In this document: positions 62,133 to 64,000 of the stretch, in pieces | Numbering within the stretch: the stretch's first letter is position 1 | Layout: every line of letters starts with the position of its first letter | NCBI GenBank assembly: GCA_044223005.1 | Contig: JBGAML010000001.1 | Span: 448,001 to 512,000, forward strand | Direction of reading: 5' to 3' | DNA from: Candidatus Eiseniibacteriota bacterium | GTDB lineage: Bacteria > Eisenbacteria > RBG-16-71-46 | DNA length: 64,000 bases | Position numbers and translations under genes: made by a program | The notes under the pieces: generated by a model | What the model saw: only the letters and a program-made list of their open reading frames with translations | Database searches by the model: none | What the model was told of the DNA's origin: nothing

Positions 62133-62951
62133 TTACGAACGAACGTCCGGCAGCAGCAGGTCGATGCGGCCCACCACGGCCGCGCGCAGCGCGTCGGCGG
62201 AATCCAGCCCGATCGCGCGCAGGCTCTCGGGAATGGCGCCGCCGGCGAGTGCCGTGCCGCGCACGGGCTCGAGCCGGCCGTCGTGGCGCACGACGTAGAT
62301 CGCGCGCGTGTCGACCGGCTGTGGGTTCTCGCGCGTGACGATCGCGAGCATGCCGCAGGGCAGGCCCACGCGCGACGCGCGCTCGTCGTCGATCGGGAAA
62401 GCGAACGGACGGCGCAGCCGGGCGTAGCGCTCGCGCGCGAGCTCGGCGTCGTGACCGTACGCCTGCGGATCGAGGCTCAGCGTGTTGATCACCATCTCGG
62501 GAACGGGCCGCACGCCGTCACCGGGATCGCTCGGCGTGGCCAGCATCGGCACGCGCAGGCGGCCCGCGTCGCGCGCCGGACCGGCCGCGGGCTCGGGCGA
62601 GGACGTCATCCCGCCGAACGGATTGCGGAGCTGCTCCCACGCGCGGAGCATCGCCTCGTGGTCGATGCGACCGGTGCGGCCGCGGCTCTTGGCGCGGGCC
62701 CACGCGCGGTAGGTGGCTTCGAAGGCCGCGTCGTCGAGGGCGCGGGCGATGCGCACCGCCACGTCCTCGCTCGGCACCTTGCGGCCGTTCTCGATGTTGA
62801 ACAGGAAGGAGGGTGCCAGACCTCCGGTAGCCTCACTCAGGCGCTTCAGCGACCACCCCATGGCCAGCCGACGCTCCCGGACGCGATTCGCGACCGGGTC
62901 TTCGACCTGGTGACGGGGGTGGGATTCGAGAACTGCGGTAGAGGTAGTCAT
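62133..62951 (-). CDS. XRE-family HTH regulator with divergent C-terminal domain
   Basis: VRERRLAMGWSLKRLS..IENGRKVPS..IARAL. Confidence 0.8.
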   Translation of the reverse strand: MTTSTAVLESHPRHQVEDPVANRVRERRLAMGWSLKRLSEATGGLAPSFLFNIENGRKVPSEDVAVRIARALDDAAFEATYRAWARAKSRGRTGRIDHEAMLRAWEQLRNPFGGMTSSPEPAAGPARDAGRLRVPMLATPSDPGDGVRPVPEMVINTLSLDPQAYGHDAELARERYARLRRPFAFPIDDERASRVGLPCGMLAIVTRENPQPVDTRAIYVVRHDGRLEPVRGTALAGGAIPESLRAIGLDSADALRAAVVGRIDLLLPDVRS

Positions 62952-63202
62952 GACTTGAAGCTAGGGGATTCTCCGGGGAGGGGCTAGGGGTCCGGAAGGA
63001 CCACGCCCACACCCCCATTCGCCCACCGGGGGTTGCTCCCGGCGGGGAGCGTGGCCCCGGCGAGTGAATCCCGCGGCCCCCGGCGAGAGTGCGCGAACCT
63101 CCCGCGGGCGAGCGGGTTGCGCGTCGAGAATCCCGACGCACGCGTGTCGGTTTCGGCGACGCGCGAGGGCCCCGCGCGCCGCCGTGCTAACGTCGCGCGC
63201 CC

Positions 63203-64000
63203 ATGGCTCCCGACCCGATTCCCGATCCCGCGCCTCGCCGCAGACCCTTCGCCGGCATCCATCGCAACGTCGTCGCGCTCGGGTTCACGTCGCTCTTCAC
63301 CGACGCGTCGACCGAGATGCTGATCCCGATCCTCCCGCTCTTCATCACGGTGACGCTCGGCGCATCGGCGACGAGCCTGGGGCTGATCGAGGGCGTGGCG
63401 GAGAGCGTCGCGTCACTGCTGCGCACGACGTCGGGCTGGATCTCCGACCGCATGGGCCGCCGCAAGCCGCTCGTGGTCGCGGGCTACTCGCTCTCGGGAA
63501 TCGCGAAGGCGGCGATCGGGCTCGCGGGCTCGTGGCCCGCGGTGCTGCTGCTGCGCGGCACGGACCGGCTCGGCAAGGCGCTGCGCACGCCGCCACGCGA
63601 TGCGCTGCTCGCGGACTCGGCGGCCGCGTCGGATCGCGGCCGCGCGTTCGGGCTGCACAAGGCGATGGACAACGCGGGCGCCGCGATCGGGCCGCTGCTC
63701 GCGTGGCTGCTGCTCGCGCGCTGGCACGCGCTGGGCGCGGAAGCGTATCGCCGCGTGTTCTTCGCCTCGGCGATTCCCGCGGCGCTCTCGGTGCTCGTGC
63801 TGGTGCTGTTCGTGCGCGCGGGCGCGCACGCGCCGGCCCCGAAGCGTGCGCTCGCCGAGCAGGCGGGCGCGCTGGGACCGGCGTTCCGGCGCTTCTTGGT
63901 GGTCGACGCGGTGTTCCAGCTCGGCAACAGCAGCAACGCGTTCGTGCTGCTGCGCACGCAGGACGCGGGCTGGTCCGCGGCCAGCGTGTCGCTCATCTAC
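63203..64000 (+). CDS. MFS transporter (3' truncated, absent from the ORF track)
   Basis: Manual translation: NVVALGFTSLFTDASTEM..GLIEG..GWISDRMGRRKPL..DRLGKALRTPPRDALLA. Confidence 0.92.
   Translation, partial: MAPDPIPDPAPRRRPFAGIHRNVVALGFTSLFTDASTEMLIPILPLFITVTLGASATSLGLIEGVAESVASLLRTTSGWISDRMGRRKPLVVAGYSLSGIAKAAIGLAGSWPAVLLLRGTDRLGKALRTPPRDALLADSAAASDRGRAFGLHKAMDNAGAAIGPLLAWLLLARWHALGAEAYRRVFFASAIPAALSVLVLVLFVRAGAHAPAPKRALAEQAGALGPAFRRFLVVDAVFQLGNSSNAFVLLRTQDAGWSAASVSLIY

Overview
Very GC-rich bacterial chromosome segment, probably from a diderm lineage (many signal-peptide beta-barrel genes; Candidatus Eisenbacteria-like is my inference, not a database result). It contains the replication origin: dnaA with DnaA-box clusters on both sides and a DnaA-trio/AT-rich unwinding element, followed by dnaN-dciA-gyrB-(OMP)-gyrA-rex. 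Other blocks are groES-groEL, a complete Pho locus (phoB-phoR-porin-pstSCAB-phoU), an actP operon with the DUF294 nucleotidyltransferase/exonuclease pair, argJ, deoD and many envelope, transport and hydrolase genes. I found no tRNA, rRNA, CRISPR array, transposase or integrase. The most notable oddities are: an NtrC-like protein that has lost its phosphoacceptor, its GAFTGA loop and most ATPase catalytic residues; a promoter-driven, highly structured ~230 nt intergenic RNA candidate; a serpin gene bracketed by an exact 62-bp direct repeat of the groEL terminator; a small AT-hook protein behind Pho boxes inside the Pho locus; and a structured leader with an SD-sequestering alternative fold upstream of the actP operon. 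Many start codons were re-chosen by eye and differ from the ORF track.
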